A stretch of 63,983 nucleotides of DNA, the filler included, from Malassezia furfur (lineage: Eukaryota), in the NCBI GenBank assembly GCA_052055015.1. It is 10 parts of 10 records of this genome, joined end to end, with 100 filler letters (N's around TTAATTAATTAA, not from the genome) between each part and the next. Parts side by side here need not be neighbours in the genome. Positions count along the whole stretch, not along the records: positions 26,836 to 33,383 come from JBQJIT010000537.1; positions 33,484 to 40,006 come from JBQJIT010000538.1; positions 40,107 to 46,620 come from JBQJIT010000539.1; 7 more parts are not named here. One strand, given 5' to 3'. Positions 31,642 to 42,629 of this stretch are shown in pieces. Within the stretch, counting starts at the first letter, position 1, and every line of letters starts with the position of its first letter. The position numbers and the translations under genes are program-made. The notes beneath the pieces are model-generated. The model was given only the letters and a program-made list of their open reading frames with translations, was not told where the DNA came from and did not search any database.

Positions 31642-33383
31642 ATGGCCACGGACCGGTACGCGGCGGAGCGTGCGGTACTGGGCGACGACGCACTCGAGCG
31701 CCTGCGGCAGGCTCGAATGCTGGTCGTAGGCGCTGGAGGTATTGGCAGCGAAGTGCTCAAGGACCTCGTATTGCTTGGCGTAGGCCATATTGAGATCGTA
31801 CGTCGACCCCACTTACGCAGATCGACCTCGACACGATCGACCTGTCGAACTTGAATCGCCAGTTCCTCTTCCAGAAACAGCATATCCAGAAACCCAAGGC
31901 TCATGTGGCCAAGGCGTCCGCGAGCGCGTTCAATCCGGACGTGAAAATCGTGGCGCACCATGCCAACGTCCAGGGCAAGGAGTTTGACGTCGCCTTCTAC
32001 CAGAGCTTTGATGTCGTGCTCAGCGCACTCGACAACCTCGCGACGCGCCGCTATGTGAACCGGATGTGCGTCGCTGCTGGTGTTCCGCTCGTTGAGAGCG
32101 GCACCGCGGGCTTCCTGGGCCAGGTCCAGCCGATCCGCGCAGGACACACCGAGTGCTACGACTGCACGGCGCATCCGACGCCGACCACGTTCCCAGTGTG
32201 TACGATCCGATCGACACCGTCGACACCCATGCACTGCATTGTATGGGCCAAAAACTGGCTGTTCCCGTACGTGTGTGTACTCACGCAGGCAACTCTTCGG
32301 CGAGGATGACGAGGCGGGCGACGCCGAACTCGACGAGGCCGCACGCTCCGGCGAGAACGCACAGGAGCTCGAAAATCTGCGGCGTGAAGCGCACCAGATG
32401 CGTGCACTACGTACCGAGCTGAACGACACGCCACACGATGCCGCATGCAAGATCTTTGCCAAGGTGTTTGACGTCGATATCCAGCGCCTCCTCAGCATGG
32501 ACGACATGTGGGAGCAGCGCACGCGGCCTACACCGCTCACGCTAGAGACTGCGCGCGAAGATACACATGTGCCTGAGCAGACCGAGGCGCTCAAGGACCG
32601 CCAGACGTTATCGCTCGCCGACACTGCACAACTCTTCCTCGACAGCACCGAGGCGCTTGCCAAGCGAGCCCAGTCGTCGTCGGCGCCGCTTGCGTTTGAC
32701 AAGGATGACACAGATGCACTGGCATTTGTGACTACTGCCTCAAATCTGCGCGCGCACGTCTATCACATCCCGCGCAAGACGCAGTTTGAGACCAAGCAGA
32801 TTGCTGGCAATATCATCCCGGCGATCGCTACGACGAACGCCATCGTCTCGGGCCTCGCCGTGGTGCAGGCGCTACACATGCTTGCCGAACGGTGGGATGC
32901 AATGCGGATGGTGAGCATGGCGCGGCACCCGGCGCGCGCGTTCACCACCTTCCCCCCCGCGCCGCCCAACCCGGCGTGCGGTGTGTGCAACGACATGTAC
33001 CTCGTGACCGACGTGCGGGTGGATGAGACAACGCTGGGCGATGTGCTCGATGTTGTGCGCAAGGCAACGTCGGAGGGCGGACTTGCCTACGACGAGGACG
33101 CTGAGGTCTCGATCGCCGACGGCGCGCGTATTCTGTACGACCCCGATTTGGAGGACAACTTGGGCAAGACGCTCGCTGAGCTGCGCGTCGACGTCGGCAC
33201 CGCGCTGTCGGTGGTTGACGAAGACGCCCAAAAAGCCACGGTGCAGCTCCTGCTGCACACCGGCGATGCCAAAGCGCCGCACGTCCGCTGGCCCGGCGGT
33301 CGGGCCGAGGAGGTCCGTGCGCGGCGCGAGGTGCCCAAGCCCGCGTCCGACTCGGAGTCGGACGTGGAAGCCGTCGAGGCGCC
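31642..33383 (+). CDS. UBA2: SUMO E1 activating enzyme subunit Uba2, 3'-partial
   Basis: [63 protein letters not shown]; introns at 31798-31820 (23 nt) and 32267-32288 (22 nt). Confidence 0.95.
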
Positions 33384-33483
33384 NNNNNNNNNNNNNNNNN
33401 NNNNNNNNNNNNNNNNNNNNNNNNNNNTTAATTAATTAANNNNNNNNNNNNNNNNNNNNNNNNNNNNNNNNNNNNNNNNNNNN

Positions 33484-33884
33484 CACAGCCCGTACGACGC
33501 AGAGCAGCGCGCGGAGCCCAGTGCGCCGCGCGCCACACCCGACGCCGCGGAGCCGAGCGCGCTCGAGCTCGCGGTCGCCAAGAGCCTCGCGCCGGCCATC
33601 GCCAAGCAGGAGCAGCGCGAGTATGCGGCGTACACGACGCAGTTTGCGCACCTGCCGTTCCAGCGCACGCCCCGCACCGCCGACGCGGACATGCAGGTGT
33701 ACGAGAACGTCGACGCGCTGCCGGCCGCGGCGATGCACGTCGACCCGCACCCCACCCAGTACGACACGGCGCTCGCCGCGTACGTACGCACGCCGGCGCT
33801 CGAGCTCGCGGCGCCCGCGCGCCCGCGCACGTCCCCGCCGCGCGCACCTATGCCGCGTGGCTCCACCTCGCGCACGTCCGGTAG
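33484..33884 (+). CDS. 3' end of an unidentified gene (weak resemblance to the fungal Fig4 C-terminus); probable 1-nt indel near 33825
   Basis: Coding-like frame ([17 protein letters not shown]) has no stop before PRE2; shifting frame gives [12 protein letters not shown] ending at 33884. Confidence 0.35.
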
Positions 33885-33970
33885 CCTGTGTGTAGATCGG
33901 GCGCATACTTCCCCGATCGGAGGCCGATCACGCGCGCTCCACGCAAGCGCCGCTCTGCGACGCTGCTACG

Positions 33971-34898
33971 ATGAACTCGGTGCTGTCCACGCTTGCGCCG
34001 CGCGCTGCGCCGCGCGTCGAGATGCCCGACGACGGCACGCAGTTTGCGCTGCCCGCGACCGACGTACGTGTGTGCCGCTGACCCAGCCTGCGCGCTTCCT
34101 TGCGCAGTTCACCGACGTCGACTCGACGAACGCCGCCGCACGGATCAAGCTCAAGCACGGCACGACCACGCTCGCGTTCCGCTACAAGGGCGGCGTCGTG
34201 ATCGCCGTCGACTCGCGTGCGTCCGCGGGCTCGTACATCGCGTCCGGCTCGGTGAAAAAGGTGATCGAGATCAACCCGTACCTGCTCGGCACCATGGCCG
34301 GCGGCGCCGCCGACTGCCAGTACTGGGAGACGTACCTCGGCATGCAGTGCCGCCTGTACGAGCTGCGCAACAAGGAGCGCATCTCGGTCGCGGCCGCGTC
34401 CAAGATCCTGAGCAACCTCGTGTACTCGTACAAGGGCATGGGCCTCAGCATGGGCACGATGATCTGCGGCTGGGACAAGACGGGCCCCGCCATCTTCTAC
34501 GTGGACTCGGAGGGCTCGCGCATGAAGGGCGACCTGTTCTCGGTCGGCTCGGGCTCCACGTTTGCGTACGGCGTGCTCGACCAGGGCTACCACTGGGACC
34601 TCGAGTACGACGAGGCGCTCGACTTGGCGCGCCGCAGCATCTACGCCGCCACGCACCGCGACGCATACTCGGGCAATGTACGTCGCCACCGCGCTCACAC
34701 AGACCATCAACCTCTTCCACATGGACCGCGAGGGCTGGAAGTTTATCGCGAACTACGACGTGATGGACCGTACGTACCGCCGCGACTCACCCAGTGCACT
34801 ACGACGGCGTGCCCGACACGCCCGCCAGCGCGCCGCAGGGCGGCTACGGCTACAATGTGCGCACCGCGGGCCTCTCGTCGCAGGGCACCGCGCCATAG
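33971..34898 (+). CDS. PRE2: 20S proteasome beta5 subunit
   Basis: HG/TTTLAF processing site, [29 protein letters not shown]; introns at 34064-34086 (23 nt), 34678-34702 (25) and 34770-34794 (25). Confidence 0.96.
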
Positions 34899-34926
34899 TC
34901 CCATATTCCTATACACCCACGCCTTC

Positions 34927-35898
34927 CTACGGCCCCGGCGCCGCACGCACCGGCACGATCGTCGGCTCATCGTACGCATGCGGCGGCGCGTCCGCCTCGT
35001 CGCTGCGCACGGCCGGGTACGCCATGGACGCCCGCTCGGCGCCCGCCTCGTCGTCGCCCAGATCGCGCCGCCCGCCGTACACGTCGGCCATCGGGTCCAT
35101 TTTGGCGTCGAGCAGCGCCTCGTCGTCCAGCGACGTGTGGCTCGCGCGTCGGCCAAGTCCGCCCATCGCATACGCGTTCGGCGCGTCCAGGTCTGCGGCA
35201 AAGTCGTGGTTGTCGTCCGCGGTGAGCGGACGCGTGCGCGCCTCGCTGAACCCCGGATTCTCGACCTTGTTCAGGAAGCGGTGCGCGAGCAGCACGTACA
35301 CCACGCCGAACAGCACAATGATCACGAGCCATGCAATGCACCATACGGCGTCCTCGTTCCAGTCGTACTTGCACACGTCGCTGGCGTCCTGCCGGTCGGC
35401 GGTCGCCGTCGTGCCGTCCTCCTCGACAGGCCCCACGCCGGTGTCGACGTAGTTCGTGATGCACTGCGAGATGATGTTCCACTCGTTCGCGTACACGTTG
35501 GTCACCGCGACCACCGCCGCCGCGAGCGCCATGCCCATGCTCGCCCACGCGAGACGCACCGCCGAGCGCAGCAGCTGGATGTGGTCGCGGACGCCGGCGA
35601 ACAGCGCGAACGCCTGCAGCGCGGCGCACGCCGTGTACAGCACGGCAGACACAATGCTCAGCACCTTGGCTTTGCCGTTGCGCCGCGCCATCGAGCGCCA
35701 CTCGATGCCGCACAGAATTACTGCAGCAATCGCGCTCAGGAACGACGTGAACAGGTAGGTGGGGCGCAGCGAGTTGTAAAAGAACCAGCGCACCGAGTCC
35801 GCATACGACGGCGGCACATCGTTCGGCCGGCTGTAGTTGTGTGCCCACCCTGGCCGCGACGTATCGCGCCGCGTGTACGGCGGCAGCGGCTCGCTCAT
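34927..35898 (-). CDS. Uncharacterised four-TM membrane protein
   Basis: Four hydrophobic segments, a Cys-flanked loop between TM3 and TM4, and an acidic C-terminal tail; ATG 35898 (MSEPLPPY). Confidence 0.75.
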   Translation of the reverse strand: MSEPLPPYTRRDTSRPGWAHNYSRPNDVPPSYADSVRWFFYNSLRPTYLFTSFLSAIAAVILCGIEWRSMARRNGKAKVLSIVSAVLYTACAALQAFALFAGVRDHIQLLRSAVRLAWASMGMALAAAVVAVTNVYANEWNIISQCITNYVDTGVGPVEEDGTTATADRQDASDVCKYDWNEDAVWCIAWLVIIVLFGVVYVLLAHRFLNKVENPGFSEARTRPLTADDNHDFAADLDAPNAYAMGGLGRRASHTSLDDEALLDAKMDPMADVYGGRRDLGDDEAGAERASMAYPAVRSDEADAPPHAYDEPTIVPVRAAPGP

Positions 35899-36009
35899 AT
35901 CGCACGCCAAGCCGCCACGGACCCCCGCCGCGCCCCCCCTCCCCACCGCACGACCGGCGATCGGCGATCACGTGCGTGCTCGGCCGCAGCGTTCGCACCT
36001 CCGTGGACC

Positions 36010-37165
36010 ATGTCGGGTGTGGATGTTGTGATCATCGGTACGTGCGCGCCGCTCTCACACAGGTGTCGGCCTCGTCGGTAGTGCTGTAATTCGCCAGCTC
36101 TCGTCGACTTCGTCGCTCTCGTCGCTGCACGTCGTTGCGCTGCAGAACAGCAAGAAGACGCTGTTCGCGAGCCCGGGCAAGCGCCTCATGCTCGGCACCC
36201 AGGGCGAGTGGAAGGCGGCGCTCGACGCGAGCCCCATCAACGCGCTGCCGCTGCCGGAGCTCGTCAAGCATCTTCAGGAGCTGCAGGCGCAGAACCAGCG
36301 CCACATGGTCATCGTCGACAACACGTCGGACGACGGCGTTGCGTCCTTCTACCCGAGCTTCGTCCAGGCCGGCTTCAGCGTCGCGACGCCGAACAAGAAG
36401 GCGTTCTCGGGCTCGCTCGAGCTCTACGCGCACATCCTGCACTCGGCGCTCCAGCCCGAGGTCGCGCAGAAGAGGCCGCTGGTGTACCAGGAAAGCACCG
36501 TCGGCGCCGGTCTGCCGATCATCAGCACGCTCGACGAGCTCGTCGTGACGGGCGACAAGATCAAGAAGATCGAGGGCGTGTTCAGCGGCACGATGAGCTA
36601 CATCTTCAACGAGTTCAGCCCGCCCGGCGGCTCCACGCGCAAGTTCTCCGAGATCGTCACCGTCGCTCGCGAACGTGGGTACACGGAGCCGAACCCCGGC
36701 GACGACCTGTCTGGCTCGGACGTGGCACGCAAGCTGACGATCCTCTCGCGCCTCATCCCGGAGCTTGCCAACGTGCTCCCCGAGGGCTACACGTCGGTGA
36801 ACACGCAGTCGCTCACGCCTGCGGGCCTGCGCGACGTGACCGACGCCGAGACCTACGTCCGCCGCCTGCCCGAGTTTGACGCCGAGTTCGACGAGCTGCG
36901 TGCCAAGGCGCAGGCAAACAACGCGGTGCTGCGCTACGTCGGCGTGATCGACGTCGAGAAGCGGATCATCCGCGCGGGGCTCGAGGCGTACCCGGCGGAC
37001 CATCCGTTCGCGACGTCGCTCGGCGGCTCGGACAACATCATCTCGTTCTCGACCGAGCGCTACAGCCCGCGCCCGCTGCTCGTGCAGGGTGCCGGTGCCG
37101 GCGCCGAGGTCACCGCGATGGGCGTCGTGGGCGACCTGGTGCGCATTGCGCAGCGTAGAATGTAG
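36010..37165 (+). CDS. HOM6: Homoserine dehydrogenase
   Basis: IIGVGLVG (across a 25-nt intron at 36038-36062), [65 protein letters not shown]. Confidence 0.95.
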
Positions 37166-37226
37166 ACCACAACACTAGGCTTCTCGTACATCACGGGTGG
37201 AAGAAATCGCTGCCGCATCGCGCGGC

Positions 37227-38849
37227 CTACGAACGGGGCGTCAGCACAATGTTCGACGGGGGCTTGGGCAGCACCACCATCGACGTGTAGTCGGGCTCGG
37301 CCATCGCACCGTCCAGACGCCAGTCGAACGTGCGCACAAACGTCGAGATGATCGTGCCCAGCTGCAGGTAGGCAAACTGCTCGCCGATGCAGCGGTGGCG
37401 GCCCGCGCCAAACGGCAGGTACGGGCTCGCACCGCCCGTGCTCACCATGCCCCAGCCGTAGTCCACCTGCTCGCTCATGTCCTGCGTCAGGTGGTTGCTG
37501 CTGTTGTCCAGCCAGCGGCCCGGGTTGAACTCGGTCGCATCGTCCCACAACGCCGGGTCGACCTGCGTCACACCGGGCGCGGCCATGACGTAGTGGCCCT
37601 TGGGGATGATGTACGGCGCATTCTCGCCCTCCTTGGGCACCGTGCCGCGCGGCACCGCCAGCGTCGGCGGCACAGGAATGTCCGACTTGACCTTGCGCAT
37701 GATGCTGTGGATCGGCGGGTGCAGGCGCAGCGTCTCGCGGATCACCGCATCCAGCACGGGCACCGACGACTTCTGCGTGTCGTAGTTGAGCGGCTTGAAC
37801 GTGCCGTCCGGCTCGCCGTACACGCGCACCTGCTCCTCGTACAGCATCTGGATAAACTTGGGCCGGCTCGCAAGACGCAGCATCGCCCAGCTACCAGTCG
37901 CACTGCTCGTGTGCTGGCCGGCCATCAGCAGCGCAATCATCATGTGCGCAATCTCCTCGTCGCTGATCGGACGGCCGTTCTTGTACTCCTGCTCCATCAG
38001 CGCACGGATCATGTCGTGGCCGGAATCCGCCGTGCCCTCCTCGCGGCGCTTCTTGATGATGTCCTGGTAGAACTTGCTCATCAGGCGCTGCGCACGGTCA
38101 CGGCGGAAGTTGTTCGGCAGCGGCAGGTTGGGGATCACAAAGTTGATCGGCGTAAAGCCCGAGTCCAGGTCGTGGTAGAGCTGCGCGTAGCTCTTGTCCA
38201 GGTTCTCGCGCACCTCCTTGCCCTGCAGCGTACGACTCGCCGTAAGGATCGTGATCTCGCTCATCGCCTTGAAGATATCCACCACGACCGACTTGGCACC
38301 CGACTTGAGCGGCGCAAACGCGGCGTCCGTCGCGAAAAAGTCGCGCACCTCGTCGACGATCTGGTCGACGTACGCACGGAAGTTCTCAGTGGACAGACCG
38401 GCCTTGACAAAGCGCTTCTGCTCCATCAACACCGCATTCGGCACATCGTACACGACCTTCTTGCCGAACACGGGCGTGGTCAGCGAGGTGTACGCCTCCT
38501 CCGCCGACACCTGGTTCAGGCGGCCGTTGAACACCAGGTTGGAGCCCTTGGTGCCGAGCGCAACGGTGATATTGCGTCCAAGCAGCTTGAACGTAAACAC
38601 ATCGCCGTACTTCTTGCGGCAATCGAAGAAGAACTTGTACGGGTCCATGCCGTACGTCACCGCCGAGCCCACCACGGGGTAGTAGTGGAACACGAGCGGC
38701 GGCAGCGAACGGTTGCGCGGCACCAGCAACTGCCAAAGCACGTTCAGCGTCACCAGCACCACATTCGCAACCACGAAGCCCCCGAGCACCTGCTGCCAAA
38801 GCGGCAGCTCAGCGGCTCGGGACATGAGCATTTCCAGATGTCCACTCAT
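37227..38849 (-). CDS. ERG11: Sterol 14-alpha-demethylase CYP51
   Basis: AEEAYTSLTTPVFGKKVVYD, LMAGQHTS, ETLRLHPP and the heme motif PFGAGRHRCIGEQFAY; no introns. Confidence 0.97.
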   Translation of the reverse strand: MSGHLEMLMSRAAELPLWQQVLGGFVVANVVLVTLNVLWQLLVPRNRSLPPLVFHYYPVVGSAVTYGMDPYKFFFDCRKKYGDVFTFKLLGRNITVALGTKGSNLVFNGRLNQVSAEEAYTSLTTPVFGKKVVYDVPNAVLMEQKRFVKAGLSTENFRAYVDQIVDEVRDFFATDAAFAPLKSGAKSVVVDIFKAMSEITILTASRTLQGKEVRENLDKSYAQLYHDLDSGFTPINFVIPNLPLPNNFRRDRAQRLMSKFYQDIIKKRREEGTADSGHDMIRALMEQEYKNGRPISDEEIAHMMIALLMAGQHTSSATGSWAMLRLASRPKFIQMLYEEQVRVYGEPDGTFKPLNYDTQKSSVPVLDAVIRETLRLHPPIHSIMRKVKSDIPVPPTLAVPRGTVPKEGENAPYIIPKGHYVMAAPGVTQVDPALWDDATEFNPGRWLDNSSNHLTQDMSEQVDYGWGMVSTGGASPYLPFGAGRHRCIGEQFAYLQLGTIISTFVRTFDWRLDGAMAEPDYTSMVVLPKPPSNIVLTPRS

Positions 38850-39138
38850 CAACCACGCGAGACAGCAAGAAGTCGCACACGGTGAGCGCGAATTTGTGTG
38901 CGCGCAATGGCGTGTTACTGGTCCACTCCTGCAGCAGCGTCAGCTCCACTACCTGATTGGCTCGTGCCTCAGTCGTACCCCCCCACGCCCTCCTCCACTC
39001 GGTGGGCGCCGCGGGGGGGCATACGCCGTACAGTGGTACGCACGCGCGCGGGGTCCCGCGACCGCATCGTGGCCCCGTTGCTGCATAAAAATAGTGCGAG
39101 GGCAGCTGGCCCAATTCGCGGTTGTCTCTTCTGCACGT

Positions 39139-39966
39139 CTACTTAGCAGCATAGTCCATACCCAGCTTGAAGCCGGTCGCCAGATGCTCCAGACGCGCGT
39201 CCACCGCATAGTTTTTCGTGCGGAATTCTGTGTGAGTGTATGCACGTACGCTGCAGCTCCTCGTAGAGCGTCGGAAGGGGCAAAAGGTGCCGCTCGATGT
39301 ACTCACCCTCGTCGGGGTGAGCCACCGGCTCCGGTGCGTCCTCCGCAAGCTGGATCTCGACGGTGCACAGCTTCATCGTCGCATTCGTCAGGCCCGGGTC
39401 GTTGAACTGAATGCCACTGAGCAACTTGACATCGACAGTGTGCGACGCATCGCTCGTGCCATAGCCAGTTTCTTCACCGAGCTCACGCAGCGCTGCACGC
39501 TTCGTGCCCTCGTCGCTCTCTTCGCCAGGATCAATCAGACCCGCGGGAAGTTCCAGAATCACTTGGCCCACAGGCGGGCGGAACTGCGATACGAGCAGGA
39601 CGTGCGGCACTTGGTTCGGCCGGCGGATGATGGTGAGGATTGCCACCGCTGCGTCAGAGTACAGATGTACGCACCGTCGACATCGCCCTTACGCGTCTTG
39701 CGCACAGCACAGTCCCAAAAGCGTTCCTTTCCGGCAGGATCCACCCACTGGATTGTGCGCAGACCAAGCCACTTGGCGTCGGCGTCATTCAGTGGCGTGG
39801 TATTTTGCACCTTGGCGCTGTGCAGGTCATACTTCTGCGTCGACATGGGCTGTACGCGAGAAAAACAGCTTGAGATACAGGTGGTAGGATAGTAGGGGGC
39901 ACGCACACACTGCGAAAGTGGTACGAGGGCCGGACGGTACGAACGGGCCACCGAGCGGAAAGCCAT
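39139..39966 (-). CDS. YSA1: Nudix ADP-ribose pyrophosphatase (Ysa1/NUDT5-like)
   Basis: QFRPP...ELPAGLID...RELGEETGY, DPG, DARL; introns at 39649-39674 (26 nt) and 39228-39249 (22 nt); start at ATG 39966 or 39846. Confidence 0.85.
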
Positions 39967-40106
39967 ATGGATGTGCCTCCACTTGTATTGGGGGGAAAGG
40001 GGGAGGNNNNNNNNNNNNNNNNNNNNNNNNNNNNNNNNNNNNNNNNNNNNTTAATTAATTAANNNNNNNNNNNNNNNNNNNNNNNNNNNNNNNNNNNNNN
40101 NNNNNN

Positions 40107-40838
40107 GTCGTACCGCGCGTCGTACGCGTCGCGCTGCGCCTGCGCGGCGAGCTGCGGGGCCTCGCGGACGAGCGTGCGCGGCGCGCGGCGGAGCTGGCGA
40201 CGGACTATGCGGAGGTGCACGCGCGGTACGTCAAGCAGCTCGTGCACATCAAAGTCGCGCGGCTCGCCGACGCGGACCTCGAGACGTACTGCGGCGCGCT
40301 GCACCAGGCCATCCTGCAGTACCACGCGATCAAGATGGAGGAGGTGAACCAGACGCTCGACTACCTCTGGAAAAAGACCTACCAAGGCACCGACATCGAC
40401 ACGGTGCTTGTGCGCTCCGACGCGGACGGGCGCGTCGGCCCGAGCGGCCTGCGCTCGTACCAGTACCGCGTGTGCATGGTCAAGGACCGCGTCGAGCTCG
40501 ACATGCGCGGGCGGTGCAGCGCGGGGCAGAAGGTGCTTGCGTGCATCCTGGTGCGCCTGGCGCTGGCCGACGCGTTCGGCGCGCACTGCGGCTTCCTGGC
40601 GCTCGACGAGCCGACCACGAACCTCGACCGCGAGAACGTCGAGGCGCTCGCCGCGAGCCTCGTGGACCTGATCGCCGAGCGCCGGCACCAGCGCAACTTC
40701 CAGCTGGTGGTCATCACGCACGACGAAGACTTCCTCACGCGCCTCGCGCAGTCCGACGCGCTCACGCAGTACTGGCGCGTGAGCCGCGACGCGCACCTCC
40801 ACTCGGTGCTCGAGCGCGCGACGGTGCGCCGCCTGTAG
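40107..40838 (+). CDS. RAD50: DNA repair protein Rad50, C-terminal ABC half, 5'-partial
   Basis: LWKKTYQGTDID, DMRGRCSAGQKVLA, LDEPTTNLD, VITHDEDF. Confidence 0.96.
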   Translation, partial: VVPRVVRVALRLRGELRGLADERARRAAELATDYAEVHARYVKQLVHIKVARLADADLETYCGALHQAILQYHAIKMEEVNQTLDYLWKKTYQGTDIDTVLVRSDADGRVGPSGLRSYQYRVCMVKDRVELDMRGRCSAGQKVLACILVRLALADAFGAHCGFLALDEPTTNLDRENVEALAASLVDLIAERRHQRNFQLVVITHDEDFLTRLAQSDALTQYWRVSRDAHLHSVLERATVRRL

Positions 40839-40859
40839 CTTCTTGTGCGGGTCTACGGT

Positions 40860-42392
40860 CTACAATTCGTCGCGCACGTGCTGCACGTAGCTGCTCGCGC
40901 TCGACGCCAGGCTGCTCGCGCTCTTGCTCGCGGCCGCGGCGTACGAGCCGAGCTTCTCGGAGTCGAAGCCGTACGCCTGCTGCTGCGGCACACCAAACAG
41001 GTCGCGCACGCCCGTCTTGAGCTGGTCCACGACGGCGCTCGCCTTGTGCTGCAGCTGCTGCGTCCAGCCAGGCGCGTAGTACGCACGCACCTGGCGCAGC
41101 AGCGCGTCGCGGTCCGACGCCAGCTGGCTCGGCGCCACGCCGTGCGCGCGCAGGAAGCCGCGCAGGCGCGCGTCCGACCAGTCGATGTAGTCGCGCGCGG
41201 TCGCCGCGGCGCTCGACGCGTGCTCCTGCATGAGCTGCACGAGCTCCTCACGCGTCTTCTCCTCGCGCGTCTTGAGGATGCCGTGGTCGTACAGGTAGCC
41301 GCGCAGGTCGCTGTCGCGCCAGCCGCGCCACACCTCGTCCTGCGCGTCGCCGTACGCGCTGCTGACGCGCTGGAGCAGCTCGTCGCGCGACGCCGCAAAG
41401 TCGCTCTTCACGTAGCCGTGGCGGACGAGCCACGTGCGCAGCTCCGAGTCGGACCACGTGCCGTACACCGTGTCCTGCGCGCCGTAGTAGTACTGCTTCG
41501 CGGCGTCGAGCACCTGGTCGCGGCTCTTGGCAAAGTCGCTCTTGACGTAGCCGTGGTCCACGAGCCAGCCGTGCAGGTAGTCAGTCGAAAGCGCCTCGTA
41601 CGGCGCACGGTAGTTGCTCTTCGCGAACGGCTCCTTGATCATCTTGAGCAGGTCGTCGCGGCTCGCCTCGTACTGCGGCAGGGCGAGGTCGTGCTGCTTC
41701 ATCCACTTCTTCAGCTCGTCCGCGCTCCAGTTGCTGTACACGTAGTCCTGCGCGTCACGCAGCGAGCGACCAACGTCGGACGCCGCGCTGTGCGCGCGCT
41801 TCGACGCGGCACTCGACAGGCTCGACGCGCTCGCCGACGCATCCGACGCACCGCTCGTCGCGCTCTTCCACCCGGCGTTCGTCGCCGAGGCCGCCGCCGA
41901 GGCCGCCGCCGACTTGGCCGACGACACACTCGACGCCGCCGCCGTGCCGTACTGCGACGCGGCCTTCGAGGCGTCCGTGCCGTACTTGCTCGCCGACTTG
42001 CTCGCCGACGCGCCGTACTGGCTCGCCGACTTGCTCGCCTCGGCGGCGTACGAGCGGTACACGCCACTCGCCGAGCTCGCGGCGCTCCACGCGTCGTTCA
42101 GGCGCTGGCTCGCCTGCGAGCGCGCGGCGCTCGTCGCGGAGGCCACCTCGCTCACAAGCTGGTCGCGGTCCTTCTTGGCGATCACCGCGAGCTTCTCCTG
42201 CGGCGTGTTGGGCGACACAATGCCGCGCTCGAGCAGGTAGGAGCGCAGCGTGTGCTCGTCCCACGCGCCAAAGTCGAGGCCCGTGTACTCCGACACGAGG
42301 CTCGAGGCGTCGCTCGCCACATTCGCACGGGCGAGCTGGGGCGCGGCGACAAGCGCCAGGGCAAGGGCAACAAAGGTAGCAGACAGACGCAT
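40860..42392 (-). CDS. Ish1/Msc1-family stress protein with signal peptide and C-terminal RDEL
   Basis: Repeated W[SD].S[DE]L[RK].[WY]L..HG...SRDEL Ish1-type units; 11-residue ASKSASQYG repeats; ends RDEL*. Confidence 0.85.
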   Translation of the reverse strand: MRLSATFVALALALVAAPQLARANVASDASSLVSEYTGLDFGAWDEHTLRSYLLERGIVSPNTPQEKLAVIAKKDRDQLVSEVASATSAARSQASQRLNDAWSAASSASGVYRSYAAEASKSASQYGASASKSASKYGTDASKAASQYGTAAASSVSSAKSAAASAAASATNAGWKSATSGASDASASASSLSSAASKRAHSAASDVGRSLRDAQDYVYSNWSADELKKWMKQHDLALPQYEASRDDLLKMIKEPFAKSNYRAPYEALSTDYLHGWLVDHGYVKSDFAKSRDQVLDAAKQYYYGAQDTVYGTWSDSELRTWLVRHGYVKSDFAASRDELLQRVSSAYGDAQDEVWRGWRDSDLRGYLYDHGILKTREEKTREELVQLMQEHASSAAATARDYIDWSDARLRGFLRAHGVAPSQLASDRDALLRQVRAYYAPGWTQQLQHKASAVVDQLKTGVRDLFGVPQQQAYGFDSEKLGSYAAAASKSASSLASSASSYVQHVRDEL

Positions 42393-42629
42393 GATGGGGA
42401 AGAAGAAGCTGGCGCACGGGAACCCTTGCGGGGCAATGTGCGCAGCCGTCCCCTGTTGATCCGTGCACTCCCGTGTGCGTGCGCACGGGCATACGTGCGC
42501 TGCACCAGGGTTCGCCCCGCCACCCGTCACGTGAATGTATTTTATCACGTGAGACGAACAAAAAAAGCGTCCGCCGCCTCCGCCGCTCGCTTCCTCACCC
42601 TTTCGGCTCCTATTTCGTTTGTGATTAGC

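Noticed and set aside
33691..36081. 796-aa ORF appearing to fuse an unknown protein to proteasome beta5
   Set aside because: PRE2 has its own ATG (33971) and three introns. The upstream read-through is best explained by a 1-nt indel in a GC-repeat tract near 33825, probably an assembly error, although programmed frameshifting cannot be excluded without reads.
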